A stretch of 63,662 nt of DNA, the filler included. It is 5 parts of 5 records of this genome, joined end to end, with 100 filler letters (N's around TTAATTAATTAA, not from the genome) between each part and the next. Parts side by side here need not be neighbours in the genome. Positions count along the whole stretch, not along the records: positions 26,747 to 33,583 come from SRR20825006_2953; positions 33,684 to 40,854 come from SRR20825006_2955; positions 40,955 to 55,559 come from SRR20825006_2957; 2 more parts are not named here. One strand, written 5' to 3'. Position numbers and translations under genes: made by a program. Positions 32,742 to 43,409 of this stretch are shown here, one piece after another. The notes beneath the pieces were generated by a model, which saw only the letters and a list, made by a program, of their open reading frames with translations, did no database searches and had not been told where the DNA came from. How positions within the stretch are numbered: position 1 is the first letter of the stretch; the number at the start of each line of letters is the position of its first letter.

Positions 32742-33583
32742 TTTGCGCCCCTGACAACTTCCAGTCCGAGATCACGAATTTTCTTGCGCAGGGTATTGCG
32801 ATTAAGCCCAAGAACCTCGGCTGCCTTCACCTGATTGCCCCTGGTCGCTTCCAGTGTAACAGTCAAAAGCGGGCGTTCCATTTCACGCAGAATACGATCA
32901 TAGAGACCACTTGATGGCAAATCCTCGTCATGGGCATCGTAATACTCGCGAACATGACGTTCGATCGATTCAGCAAGTGACTGGGGCTCTCCGACTGGGG
33001 CTGACTCGCTGATGTTATTTTCGGAAAACTCGGTTTCGATAACATCGACACCAATCACATCATGCGAATATAGAGCCGTCAGACGGCGAACCATGTTTTC
33101 CAGTTCGCGGATGTTGCCCGGCCAGCGATGTACCTTCAAACGCGCCATCGCATCGGAAGAAAGCGTCTTGCGAGGAAGTCCCTCTTCGCTTGCCTGCATC
33201 AGGAAGTGATTGACCAGTTCCGGGATATCTTCAAGCCGCTCCCGAAGGGATGGCAAACGGATCGGCACGACATTCAGGCGATAGAATAAATCCTCGCGGA
33301 AAGTTCCTTCGCGGATCAGTTTGCGCAGATCGCGATGTGTTGCCGCAACAATACGAACATTAACGCGGATTGGCGTGCGCCCGCCAACACGGGTATATTC
33401 GCCTTCCTGAAGGACGCGAAGCAAACGGGTTTGCGCTTCAAGCGGCATATCACCGATTTCATCGAGAAACAGCGTACCGCCCTCGGCCTGCTCAAAGCGG
33501 CCAACCTTGCGCTCGTTGGCACCGGTGAAAGCACCCTTTTCATGACCGAACAACTCGCTTTCGATCAGTTCACGCGGGATTGC
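32738..33583 (-). CDS. ntrC: Nitrogen regulator NtrC, 5'-truncated
   Basis: [23 protein letters not shown] and Fis-type [13 protein letters not shown]; upstream of ntrYX. Confidence 0.92.
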   Translation of the reverse strand, partial: AIPRELIESELFGHEKGAFTGANERKVGRFEQAEGGTLFLDEIGDMPLEAQTRLLRVLQEGEYTRVGGRTPIRVNVRIVAATHRDLRKLIREGTFREDLFYRLNVVPIRLPSLRERLEDIPELVNHFLMQASEEGLPRKTLSSDAMARLKVHRWPGNIRELENMVRRLTALYSHDVIGVDVIETEFSENNISESAPVGEPQSLAESIERHVREYYDAHDEDLPSSGLYDRILREMERPLLTVTLEATRGNQVKAAEVLGLNRNTLRKKIRDLGLEVVRGAK

Positions 33584-33683
33584 NNNNNNNNNNNNNNNNN
33601 NNNNNNNNNNNNNNNNNNNNNNNNNNNTTAATTAATTAANNNNNNNNNNNNNNNNNNNNNNNNNNNNNNNNNNNNNNNNNNNN
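33584..33683. other. Artificial contig linker
   Basis: N44-TTAATTAATTAA-N44. Confidence 0.98.
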
Positions 33684-34850
33684 CTCGATACCGTCAAGGC
33701 CAGCCATCAGCATGGCAGCAAAACCGAGGTATGGATTTGCTGTTGCATCAGGGAAGCGAACCTCAACGCGTTTTGCTTTCGGGCTTGTGCCATAAGGAAT
33801 ACGGCAGGAAGCAGAGCGGTTGCGTGAGGAGTAAGCCAGGAGAACTGGTGCTTCAAAACCAGGCACAAGGCGCTTGTAGCTGTTGGTGCTTGGGTTTGTG
33901 AAAGCGTTGATCGCTTTAGCGTGTTTGATGATTCCGCCGATGTAATAGAGAGCGGTTTCGGAAAGGTCTGCATAGCCGGAGCCTGCGAACAGTGGCTTGC
34001 CGTCTCTCCAGATTGACTGGTGGCAGTGCATGCCCGAACCGTTGTCTTGTGCAACAGGTTTTGGCATGAAGGTCGCCGTTTTGCCGTATGTATGGGCAAC
34101 CTGATGTACAGCATATTTGTAAATCTGTACGTTATCAGCTGTCTCTGTAAGCGTGGAGAACATCATGCCAAGCTCGTGCTGGCTGGCTGCCACCTCGTGG
34201 TGGTGTTTGTCCATCTTCAGGCCCATTTCCTTGGCAATTTTTACCATCTCGCCGCGAAGGTCAACGCAGCTGTCGACAGGCGCAACAGGGAAATAACCGC
34301 CTTTTACTGCTGGACGGTGGCCATAGTTACCGCCCTCAAAGGCCTTGTCTGTATTGTAAGGACCTTCTACGTCGTCGATCTCGTACATTGCGCCGCGATA
34401 GCCGGTTTTAAACTTCACGTCGTCAAACACGAAGAACTCAGGCTCTGGACCGAAGTATACGGTGTCACCAACACCGGAGAATTTCACATACTCTTCTGCT
34501 TTTTTCGCAGTGGAGCGTGGGTCACGGTCATAAGGCTGGCCGGTTGCTGGCTCAAGGATGTCGCAGAAGACGATGAGTGTAACATCAGCCGTGAACGGGT
34601 CGAGGGTGACCGAGTTGAGGTCAGCCTTGAGGATCATATCGGATTCGTTAATGGCTTTCCAACCTGCAATGGAGGAACCATCAAACATGAAGCCTTCAGA
34701 AAGCATATCTTCGTCGACAACGTCAGAGGCCATGGTGAGGTGTTGCCATTTGCCTTTTGGGTCGGTGAAGCGGAGGTCGATCCATTCGGCATTGGTTTCT
34801 TTAACCAGCGCAAGAAACTCTTCGACACTCAAATTAGTATATTTAGACAT
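33684..34850 (-). CDS. glnA: Glutamine synthetase type I, 3'-truncated
   Basis: FDGSSI, HHHEVA, TFMPKP, NGSGMH, NSYKRL and RNRSA motifs. Confidence 0.96.
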
Positions 34851-34927
34851 TTCCGTTTTCCCTATTTTAAAACGACCTTAATGGCTTCGCGGGAGACTGG
34901 GCGCCCGCAACTTCCACAGGTTATGTT

Positions 34928-34952
34928 GGCCAACGCGCCTGGGGCGTCGGCC
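34928..34952 (-). promoter_or_regulatory. glnB-glnA intercistronic stem-loop
   Basis: GGCCGACGC-CCCAGGC-GCGTTGGCC: 9-bp stem with one G.U pair on the transcribed strand, no U tail. Confidence 0.5.
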
Positions 34953-34955
34953 GGT

Positions 34956-35309
<354 letters not shown>

Positions 35310-35330
35310 TTATCATTATACCCCTGATAA

Positions 35331-35347
35331 AGCAGGGTTCGTGCCAA
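35331..35347 (-). promoter_or_regulatory. Sigma-54 (-24/-12) promoter of glnBA
   Basis: TTGGCACGAACCCTGCT, GG-N10-GC spacing. Confidence 0.8.
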
Positions 35348-35421
35348 CGAGGCGGAGGCGCAGGAAACGGCGAGTTCTCAAAAATTGGACAGCATGGCTG
35401 ACTGTTCTTTGTGCGTTTGAG

Positions 35422-35438
35422 TGCACATTTTTTGTGCA
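35422..35438. promoter_or_regulatory. NtrC binding site
   Basis: TGCAC-ATTTTTT-GTGCA (TGCAC-N7-GTGCA), about 75 bp upstream of the sigma-54 element. Confidence 0.8.
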
Positions 35439-35555
35439 GATGCGTGGTTACTGACCATGTGTGCGCAAGGAAAATGCAGCCAGAAACCAAATCTATAACT
35501 TTCCGACTTGACGAGAGCAGTTCGATGCGCATAAACAGGCGCCACGTTCAGAGAT

Positions 35556-35633
35556 GGCGGGTGTAGCTCAGTTGGTTAGAGCGCCAGTTTGTGGTACTGG
35601 AAGTCGCCGGTTCGATCCCGGTCACTCGCCCCA
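35556..35633 (+). tRNA. tRNA-His (GTG), with G-1 and encoded CCA
   Basis: Acceptor GCGGGTG/CACTCGC, anticodon arm CCAGT-TTGTGGT-ACTGG, TTCGA T-loop; TTGACG upstream at 35508. Confidence 0.95.
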
Positions 35634-35788
35634 CTCTGAAGCCAAATCCCTCAGAATTTCCTTACATTACAAGTTTTTGAAGAAGAGCCTTTGCGCGTGC
35701 GTGGCATTTGCTACACTGCTGCTGATTCTTGTTCGAGTCTTTTTGATTCTATCAATAGAGTTTCGAGCTTCAGGGGGAGGGGGCTTCC

Positions 35789-37285
35789 GTGTCGGATTCC
35801 GGCAACGCACATATATTGTTAACGCCAGAGCAGACACGTGCCGCAGACGCTTGGTCTATTGAGAATGGCATGAGTGGCCTTTCACTGATGGAATATGCCG
35901 GGAAGGCTGTGGCGGGCATTACTGCTGAATATCTCGGGTCTCCGTCTGAGGCCAGCGGTGACGTTATTGTCCTGTGCGGGCCGGGAAATAACGGGGGTGA
36001 TGGGTATGTGGCGGCACGGTACCTGAGCGGTTGGGGTTACCCTGTGTCCCTGATGACAAGCTGCCATACCGACGCGCTCAAGGGTGATGCGCGCGAGATG
36101 GCCGGTCGTTGGTCTGGCCGTCAAGACCCTATAAATACGGCGAAATTCAAAAAAGCGAGCGTGATTATTGACGCGCTTTTCGGCACCGGACTGAGCCGCG
36201 CGATAGAAGGCGAACTGGCGGAAGTTGTTGCTGCGGTGAACAAAAGCCCGGCCATCACGATCGCCGTTGATATCCCGAGCGGGTTGTGCGCCAGGACAGG
36301 CCAGCCGTTAGGGCCATGCGTGCAGGCCGACGCCACAATCACGTTTTTCAAGAAAAAAGTGGGTCAAACTGTGGCGCCAGGACGCTTCCTGTGTGGCGGG
36401 CAGGATCATATCCATATAGCAGATATTGGCATCCCGGAATCCAGCATTTCTGCGCTTCACGTCGATACATTTGAGAATATACCGTCCTTATGGGGTGTGG
36501 CGTTCCCATACGCCGGTCCCGCCACACATAAATACCATCGTGGCCACCTTCTCGTTCTGGGCGGTAAAGAGCCCACGCTTGGTGCGTCTCGTCTCGCAGC
36601 ACTCGCGGGGTTACGTGTAGGCGCGGGGCTGATAACGCTGGCAGCTCCAGCTGAAACATACGCCGTGCAGGCCACGGCGCTAACAGACGTTATGGTCCGT
36701 CGTTTTGAGGGCCCTGTTGGCTTTATGGGTATTGCGAGCGATGCGCGTATCGCGACTGTGTTAATGGGCCCGGGCGCCGGTGTTGGCGAAAAAACAGCGG
36801 ACCTTGTGCTTGAGGTGGCTGGAAGCGGGAAAAACCTGGTGTTGGACGCGGATGCCCTCACGAGCCTCATGGGCAAACTGCATGGTCTCCACTCAGCAAA
36901 CGACGGGGCTGATATTATACTGACCCCGCATGATGGTGAATTTGAACGGCTGTTCCCTGATATCGAGCTCGATCACGACAGGATAGCGGCCGCGCGCCAA
37001 GCGGCAGCCTCGTCCGGCTGTTATATAGTGCTGAAGGGTGTCTCAACCATAGTCGCGGCGCCTGACGGCAGGGCAGCCATTGCCACCAACGCGCCAGCGT
37101 GGCTTTCGGTGGGCGGCACCGGTGATATCCTGTCCGGTGCCATTGCGGGGCTTTTGGCGCAGGGAATGCCCGCGTTTGAAGCGGCGTCTGCCGGTGTCTG
37201 GCTTCAGGGAGAAGCCGCCATGCGGGCAGGCAAGGGGCTTATTGCGTCTGACCTTCTGGCCATGTTGCCCAAGGTGTTGCCTTAG
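35789..37285 (+). CDS. nnr: Bifunctional NAD(P)H-hydrate epimerase/dehydratase
   Basis: GPGNNGGDG, DALFGTG, HKY.RG, DADAL, TPH.GEF and GGTGDIL motifs. Confidence 0.92.
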   Translation: MSDSGNAHILLTPEQTRAADAWSIENGMSGLSLMEYAGKAVAGITAEYLGSPSEASGDVIVLCGPGNNGGDGYVAARYLSGWGYPVSLMTSCHTDALKGDAREMAGRWSGRQDPINTAKFKKASVIIDALFGTGLSRAIEGELAEVVAAVNKSPAITIAVDIPSGLCARTGQPLGPCVQADATITFFKKKVGQTVAPGRFLCGGQDHIHIADIGIPESSISALHVDTFENIPSLWGVAFPYAGPATHKYHRGHLLVLGGKEPTLGASRLAALAGLRVGAGLITLAAPAETYAVQATALTDVMVRRFEGPVGFMGIASDARIATVLMGPGAGVGEKTADLVLEVAGSGKNLVLDADALTSLMGKLHGLHSANDGADIILTPHDGEFERLFPDIELDHDRIAAARQAAASSGCYIVLKGVSTIVAAPDGRAAIATNAPAWLSVGGTGDILSGAIAGLLAQGMPAFEAASAGVWLQGEAAMRAGKGLIASDLLAMLPKVLP

Positions 37286-37477
37286 GCGGGAATTTGCGTT
37301 CAACACGGTATAAAAGAGCGAGATGTGGCGCGCCGGCATCGCCACTGGCGGATTTTGCAGGCGGCAATTACAAAAATACTTGTACTCAGCGGCGCGCCTG
37401 TTATAAGCCCCTCCAATCCACGTGTAATAAATCCGGTGGTGACCGTCTTTGTGCGGGGTAACCTCGGGGTATAGAGT

Positions 37478-37562
37478 GCGGGCGTGGCGAAATTGGTAGA
37501 CGCGCCAGATTTAGGTTCTGGTGTCTTCGGACGTGGGGGTTCAAGTCCCTTCGCCCGCACCA
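37478..37562 (+). tRNA. tRNA-Leu (TAG)
   Basis: 85 nt, long variable arm, anticodon arm CCAGA-TTTAGGT-TCTGG, encoded CCA; upstream of tig. Confidence 0.95.
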
Positions 37563-37614
37563 CCCCCGGGTAGTTTGACCGGAAAAACAGAATTTAAAGA
37601 GAGTTGGAAGACCC

Positions 37615-39204
37615 ATGCAGATCGAAGAACTGCTGAATGAAGGCCTGAAACGCGAATATAAAGTTGTTGTCGAGGCCTCTGAGCTTGATGCCCGCCTTGA
37701 TAATGTGCTGCTCGAGTTTCGCGCTAACGCAAAAATCAAGGGCTTCCGCCCTGGCAAGGCGCCTCTGTCGCTTCTGAAGCGTATGCATGGCGACCGCGCG
37801 AAAGGCCAAGTGCTGAACGAGGCACTGCAGGAATCGTCAGCCAAGCTTTTCGAAGAAAAAGAAATCCGCCCGGCTATGCGCCCTGAGGTGGACATGGCTT
37901 CCGAGTATGAAGACGGTAAAGACCTTGAGTTCACCGTGAAGGTAGAAATTCTGCCACAGGTTGAGGTTGAGGGCTTCAAAGCGCCTGCGCTTGAGCGTTG
38001 GGTTGCTGAAGTTGAAGACAAAGACGTTGACGCGTTCATTGAGCGTATCGCAGGCCAGCAGAAATCATTCGCAAAGGCCGCCAAAACCACAAAAGCTGGT
38101 GAAGGCGACGCGATTCTGATCGACTTTGTCGGCAGCGTGGACGGCGTTGAGTTTGAAGGCGGCAAGGGTGAAGACTACCAGCTCGAGCTTGGCTCCGGCA
38201 CTTTCATCCCGGGCTTTGAAGAGCAGCTCACCGGTGTTAAAGCCGGTGACGAGAAAGTCGTGAAAGTGACTTTCCCTGCTGAGTATCACTCTGAAGACCT
38301 CAAGGGCAAAGAAGCCGAGTTCAAAGTGACTGTGAAAGAAGTGCGTAAGCCTTCTGAAGCCAAGGTTGACGACGAACTGGCGAAAAACCTGGGTTTTGAA
38401 GACCTCGCAGGTCTGAAAGAATCAGTAAAAGGTCAGTTGGCGAATGACAACAACTCGCTGACACGCGCCCACATGAAGCGTGGCCTTCTGGATGCGCTTG
38501 CTGAAGAGTATGATTTCGACGTGCCTGCTGGCATGGTTGACCTTGAGTACCGTCAGATCTGGGATCAAATCAAACGCGATGCGATCCAGACAGGCGAAGC
38601 AAAAGCTGAAGACTTTGAAGGTCAGGACGAGCCGGCAGATGCTGATGAAGCTGCTGAGTTCCGTTCTATTGCAGAGCGCCGCGTGCGCCTTGGTCTGCTT
38701 CTTTCCGAACTGGGCGTTAAAAACAACGTGCAGGTAACACAGGAAGAAGTGAACCGCCGTGTTATTGAGGAAGCACGCCGCTTCCCGGGCCAGGAAGCTC
38801 AGGTTTTCGAGTTCTACCAGAAGAACGAAGAAGCTCGTGCTCAGCTCCGCGCACCAATCTTTGAAGAAAAGGTTGTGGATTTCGTGATTGAAATGGCTGA
38901 ACTGACAGACAAGTCTGTAAGCCGTGACGAGCTTGAAGCTGCGGTTCGCGCCATCGACGAAGAAGACGCAAACCCAACAAAGAGCAAAGCAGCGCCAAAG
39001 AAAAAAGCTGCTGCTAAAAAGCCTGCTGCTAAAAAAGCTGCTCCTAAGAAAGAAGCTGCTGAGAAGAAGCCTGCTGCAAAGAAAGCTGCGCCTAAAAAGG
39101 AAGCTGCTGAAAAAGCGGCTCCGAAAAAAGCTGCAGCCAAGAAGCCAGCTGCTAAAAAGGCACCAGCAAAGAAAGCTGCGCCGAAAAAAGCTGCTGATAA
39201 ATAA
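37615..39204 (+). CDS. tig: Trigger factor with Lys/Ala/Pro-rich C-terminal tail
   Basis: GFRPGKAP ribosome-binding motif, FKBP domain FIPGFEEQL, AERRVRLGL. Confidence 0.96.
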   Translation: MQIEELLNEGLKREYKVVVEASELDARLDNVLLEFRANAKIKGFRPGKAPLSLLKRMHGDRAKGQVLNEALQESSAKLFEEKEIRPAMRPEVDMASEYEDGKDLEFTVKVEILPQVEVEGFKAPALERWVAEVEDKDVDAFIERIAGQQKSFAKAAKTTKAGEGDAILIDFVGSVDGVEFEGGKGEDYQLELGSGTFIPGFEEQLTGVKAGDEKVVKVTFPAEYHSEDLKGKEAEFKVTVKEVRKPSEAKVDDELAKNLGFEDLAGLKESVKGQLANDNNSLTRAHMKRGLLDALAEEYDFDVPAGMVDLEYRQIWDQIKRDAIQTGEAKAEDFEGQDEPADADEAAEFRSIAERRVRLGLLLSELGVKNNVQVTQEEVNRRVIEEARRFPGQEAQVFEFYQKNEEARAQLRAPIFEEKVVDFVIEMAELTDKSVSRDELEAAVRAIDEEDANPTKSKAAPKKKAAAKKPAAKKAAPKKEAAEKKPAAKKAAPKKEAAEKAAPKKAAAKKPAAKKAPAKKAAPKKAADK

Positions 39205-39223
39205 TTTACCGGTTTTCCGGCTT

Positions 39224-39250
39224 AAAAAGGGGTCTTCGGACCCCTTTTTT
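39224..39250 (+). terminator. Rho-independent terminator after tig
   Basis: AAAAAGGGGTC-TTCG-GACCCCTTTTTT. Confidence 0.9.
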
Positions 39251-39406
39251 CGTTCCACCCTTTAATTGTCTCAACCTGTGCCTATCTATTTGTGCCCGCA
39301 GGGGGTTATTTCCTTGCCGGGCGCAATGTCTGTTTGCTACAGCTTGCCACAAGAACGTTTGGCCACAGTATTTATGCATATTGGCCGGTATGAATTGGAG
39401 TGCCCG

Positions 39407-40030
39407 ATGAGCGATATCCTTGACCCTATTAGAAGTGCCCTTGTCCCAATGGTGGTGGAGCAGACCAACCGGGGTGAGCGTTCTTACGATATTTATTCTC
39501 GGCTGCTAAAAGAACGCATCATTTTCCTGACCGGTCAGGTTGATGACCATATCGCCAGCCTTGTAGTGGCCCAGCTGCTGTTTCTGGAAGCAGACAACCC
39601 GAAGAAGGATATCTCCTTCTACATCAACTCGCCGGGCGGCATCGTGACATCCGGTCTGGCGATGTATGACACCATGCAGTATATCCGCCCGAAAGTGGCG
39701 ACCATCTGTATCGGGCAGGCATCATCCATGGGGTCGCTGCTTCTAGCGTCTGGTGAGCCGGGCATGCGTTACGCACTCCCGAATGCACGGATCATGATTC
39801 ACCAGCCTTCAGGCGGTGCGCGCGGGCAGGCGGCTGATATTGAAATTCAGGCACGTGAAATTCTTAAACTGCGTGAGCGCTTGAACAATATCTACGTTAA
39901 ACACACTGGCCAGAAGCTTGCTGCGATTGAGAAAGCAATGGACCGGGATAATTTCATGAACGCTGAAGAAGCGCAGAAATTTGGCCTGATTGACCACGTC
40001 TATACCTCACGTGAGGAGATTAGCGAATAA
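39407..40030 (+). CDS. clpP: ClpP protease
   Basis: [20 protein letters not shown] and MIHQP motifs; GGAG RBS before ATG 39407. Confidence 0.96.
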   Translation: MSDILDPIRSALVPMVVEQTNRGERSYDIYSRLLKERIIFLTGQVDDHIASLVVAQLLFLEADNPKKDISFYINSPGGIVTSGLAMYDTMQYIRPKVATICIGQASSMGSLLLASGEPGMRYALPNARIMIHQPSGGARGQAADIEIQAREILKLRERLNNIYVKHTGQKLAAIEKAMDRDNFMNAEEAQKFGLIDHVYTSREEISE

Positions 40031-40135
40031 TCTCATTGGTCCGCCGGAATTATATTGGCGTACAAATTGTGAGATTTTTTGTTGTAAGCATCTTTTTAAC
40101 CAGTCTACGATAAAAAGAAGCGATGAAAGTAAGCG

Positions 40136-40854
40136 GTGACAGATTTGAGTAACAGTGATTCGAAAAACACGCTCTATTGTTCCTTCTGCGGCAAAAGCCA
40201 GCACGAGGTCAGGAAGCTTATTGCAGGACCAACGGTCTTTATCTGCGATGAGTGCGTAGAGCTGTGCAATGACATCATCAAGGAAGAGAGCAAAAGTGCT
40301 CTCGCTAAAGGTACTGATGGTGTTCCGTCACCTTTGGAAATTCTCGGTGTGCTGGATGATTATGTAATCGGCCAGCGCAATGCAAAACGTGTGCTCTCGG
40401 TGGCTGTTCACAACCACTACAAGCGGCTTAATCACGCAAGCAGCACAAGTCAGGATGTTGAGCTCGCGAAGTCCAACATCTTGCTGGTTGGGCCAACGGG
40501 TTGTGGTAAAACCCTTTTGGCACAGACGCTTGCGCGTATTCTTGATGTACCGTTCACCATGGCTGATGCCACAACATTGACCGAAGCTGGTTATGTTGGT
40601 GAAGACGTTGAGAATATCATCCTGAAGCTTTTGCAGGCTGCCGATTATAACGTTGAGCGCGCCCAGCGCGGTATCGTTTATATCGATGAGGTCGACAAGA
40701 TCAGCCGTAAGTCTGACAACCCATCCATCACGCGTGACGTGTCGGGTGAGGGTGTGCAGCAAGCGCTTCTCAAGATCATGGAAGGCACGGTTGCAAGTGT
40801 GCCGCCACAAGGTGGACGTAAACATCCGCAGCAGGAATTCCTGCAGGTGGACAC
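40136..40854 (+). CDS. clpX: ClpX ATPase, 3'-truncated
   Basis: CSFCGK zinc finger, GPTGCGKT and [10 protein letters not shown] motifs. Confidence 0.96.
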
Positions 40855-40954
40855 NNNNNNNNNNNNNNNNNNNNNNNNNNNNNNNNNNNNNNNNNNNNTT
40901 AATTAATTAANNNNNNNNNNNNNNNNNNNNNNNNNNNNNNNNNNNNNNNNNNNN
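40855..40954. other. Artificial contig linker
   Basis: N44-TTAATTAATTAA-N44. Confidence 0.98.
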
Positions 40955-41004
40955 GACATCTTCAGCTGATGCAGGCAGATTTCCGTGAAACTGGCGTGAT
41001 CCAT
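40955..41004 (-). CDS. N-terminus of a probable 2,5-dihydroxypyridine dioxygenase (NicX/Hpo family), truncated
   Basis: MDHASFTEICLHQLKM..., with an RBS-like AGGGA, next in the operon after the deformylase. Only 16 codons visible. Confidence 0.5.
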
Positions 41005-41037
41005 TTCTGTCGTCCCTGTCTGTTTATGTGATCGGTC

Positions 41038-41814
41038 TCAGGCCGTGAAATCCATGGTGGCGGCAAGGAAGCCTTCAAGGTTGTCCCAAGGGATCATGTG
41101 TCCCGCGCCCTCGACCCTGCGTACCTCCATCGACGGCAGGAGCGCTTTGAGTTCCGCCTCATCCTCGTCTTGGATGACTGGCGCATTGCCTGCGATCACA
41201 AGCCGGGTCGGGATTGTGAGTTTCGGCACATCGGCGTGAATGTCGTCGGTATGAAACCCGTCATAGGCGGTGCGGATCGCGCCCCAATGACAGGTGTGCA
41301 GCCATTCGGCCCGCAGTGCGAGCTGGTCGTCACTCCATGTCGGGCAATAGGCGCGCATGTCCTCTTTGGTGCACCCCTTCACAGCCATTTTGATCGAGTC
41401 GCCATACCAAGCCCAAGGCGACGGGTAGGCGCGGCGGTTTGGGCCGGAGACCGGCGGATCGACCAGAATAGCACCTTTGAACACATCGGGTTTGGTCGCC
41501 ACCGCACGGATCGCGGTGCGCGCGCCCATCGAATGGCCCATGACGATGGGCTGTTCCAAGATCTCGGCCAGTGCCACCGCATCAGCCGCCATAGCATCGA
41601 GCGTGTAATCCAGATCGCCGGTCTCACTGAGACCGCGCCCACGCACGTCGAGCACATGCACGTCAAATGCCTCCGCTAGGCGTTCGGCGACGAAGCCCCA
41701 TGTGATCGCAGGCGATGTGATGCCGGGGATGAGCAAAAGCTGCGGCCCTTGCCCCTCATAGCGGATCAAATGATGACGAATGCCGTTGGCGTGCAGGTTA
41801 TATCCAAATCCCAT
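41038..41814 (-). CDS. nicD: N-formylmaleamate deformylase (alpha/beta hydrolase)
   Basis: PGITSPAITWGFVAERL, GHSMG, LRAEWLHTC and AGHMIPWD motifs; cluster context. Confidence 0.85.
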   Translation of the reverse strand: MGFGYNLHANGIRHHLIRYEGQGPQLLLIPGITSPAITWGFVAERLAEAFDVHVLDVRGRGLSETGDLDYTLDAMAADAVALAEILEQPIVMGHSMGARTAIRAVATKPDVFKGAILVDPPVSGPNRRAYPSPWAWYGDSIKMAVKGCTKEDMRAYCPTWSDDQLALRAEWLHTCHWGAIRTAYDGFHTDDIHADVPKLTIPTRLVIAGNAPVIQDEDEAELKALLPSMEVRRVEGAGHMIPWDNLEGFLAATMDFTA

Positions 41815-41825
41815 CTCAACTCTCC

Positions 41826-42575
41826 TCAATACGCGCCGGACAAAAGCGTCCCGCCACCCGGCACACGGGTGTCAAGGTTCAGCGCTTTGAGCATCTGCCA
41901 TGTCGTGGCGATGGCGGCAGTCAAAACCGGTTTGCCGGTGATCGCTTCGGCCATGGAAACGGCCGACAATGACGGCATTTGAACGCAGGCCGACAGCACC
42001 ACGGCGTCCACATCGTCGGTTTTCAACCGCTTGACGATCTCCGGCAGGTTCATCGGATCATGTGCCGCAACAGCCAAATTGTCCTGAATTTCAAGCGCAA
42101 TGTAGTCGCTGACCTCGATGCCTTCGTTGCGGATATATTCCACCACCATTTCGGTCAGCGGCTTCATATAGGGCGCCACTAGGGCAATGCGTTTTGCGCC
42201 GAGCGCCCGGATGCCTTCGATCAGCGCCCCTGCCGAGGTCACGACCGGGGCGGGGGCGTCATTGTCGGCGGCAACCTGTGCCAGACGCGGGCCTGATACG
42301 CAGTGGTAGCCTTTGCCCATTGACATGATCGCCACGAGGCAGGCGTAGCCCATCACGTCGACCTTGGCATCGGACAGTTCAAGTGCGCAGCGGTCGCTGT
42401 CCGCGTCCATTTTCGCGAGCTCTTCCTTGGTCACATGCTTCATGCGCATCCTTGAAGAGTGAAAGGTGAACCGCTCCGGCTCAATGGCTTCGCGGGCTTT
42501 CAACAAGGCTGGAATTTCCGTTTCCATGGTGACGTTTGAACTGGGGACAATTTGCCCGATACGAAAGCTTTTCAA
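41826..42575 (-). CDS. maiA: Maleate cis-trans isomerase
   Basis: IVPSSN.TMETE, YACLVA and SACVQMPS (two catalytic Cys). Confidence 0.9.
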   Translation of the reverse strand: MKSFRIGQIVPSSNVTMETEIPALLKAREAIEPERFTFHSSRMRMKHVTKEELAKMDADSDRCALELSDAKVDVMGYACLVAIMSMGKGYHCVSGPRLAQVAADNDAPAPVVTSAGALIEGIRALGAKRIALVAPYMKPLTEMVVEYIRNEGIEVSDYIALEIQDNLAVAAHDPMNLPEIVKRLKTDDVDAVVLSACVQMPSLSAVSMAEAITGKPVLTAAIATTWQMLKALNLDTRVPGGGTLLSGAY

Positions 42576-42686
42576 TTGCGTGTCTCCGCTGTGACGTTAG
42601 GAGCACGTTAAATTAATCATATGTATAATAACAAGTCTAAATATTGAGCAGAAATAGGACTTATTCTGCTGTGGGTTAGCTGTGGT

Positions 42687-43358
42687 TCAGGGGGCGGCGC
42701 GCATGCCTGCGGACAGGAATGTCACCAGTTGGTGCAGCATGTCTTCTTTTCCGAATCCATTCAGATGCCCGTCAGTCAGGTCGTCCAAACGCCCCAAATC
42801 ATTGAGCATGAAGAGATAGGTGCCGACCAAAAAGGCCATGCGAGTCGAAATCACATCGCGCGGAATATGTGGCAATGCATCGCACAATGCGCTGATGTAG
42901 CGCTTGACGGAGGCGTCGTAGACCTCTCGGCGCAGACGCAGGGCATGTTCTTCGGGCTCGGCGTGAAGCCGCGCTTGCAAAGCGACGAAGGCCGCACCGT
43001 TGGGGCCGGAATATTTCATATCCCACTGAGGCTTAAGGTAAGCCAAGAGAATATCTTCGACCTCGGGATTGGGCGTTTTCTCCAAAAGTCGGTCGAGATT
43101 GACATGGCGATGCCCGGCCAAAAACCCGCCACGCCGCAGGAAACAGGCGTCAAACAGATCCGCTTTCGAACCAAAGTAATAGCGCGTCAAAGCTTGGTTC
43201 ACATTGGCGCGCCCGGCGATGTCGCGCAGGCTTGCGCCCTCAAAGCCAAACTCCGCAAAAGCCAGTTCCGCCTGATCTAGAATCACATCGCGCAAATCTT
43301 CGCTTTTGGAGGGGCGACCGGGTTTGCGGTTCTGAGAGAGTTTGGAGGCCGTTGCCAT
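42687..43358 (-). CDS. TetR-family regulator (NicS-like by context)
   Basis: N-terminal HTH GFEGASLRDIA...YYFGSK. Confidence 0.85.
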   Translation of the reverse strand: MATASKLSQNRKPGRPSKSEDLRDVILDQAELAFAEFGFEGASLRDIAGRANVNQALTRYYFGSKADLFDACFLRRGGFLAGHRHVNLDRLLEKTPNPEVEDILLAYLKPQWDMKYSGPNGAAFVALQARLHAEPEEHALRLRREVYDASVKRYISALCDALPHIPRDVISTRMAFLVGTYLFMLNDLGRLDDLTDGHLNGFGKEDMLHQLVTFLSAGMRAAP

Positions 43359-43409
43359 ACTGTAAACCTTTAACGCGTCTGGGTCGGTAAAAATTATCTA
43401 ACTGTATAG

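Noticed and set aside
35554-37563. ORFs 35554-35862 and 37300-37563
   Set aside because: They are translations through the tRNA-His and tRNA-Leu genes.
38422-39265. Long alternative-frame and antisense ORFs over the tig tail, and the many shadow ORFs in the GC-rich contigs
   Set aside because: By-products of low complexity and high-GC codon bias opposite well-supported genes.
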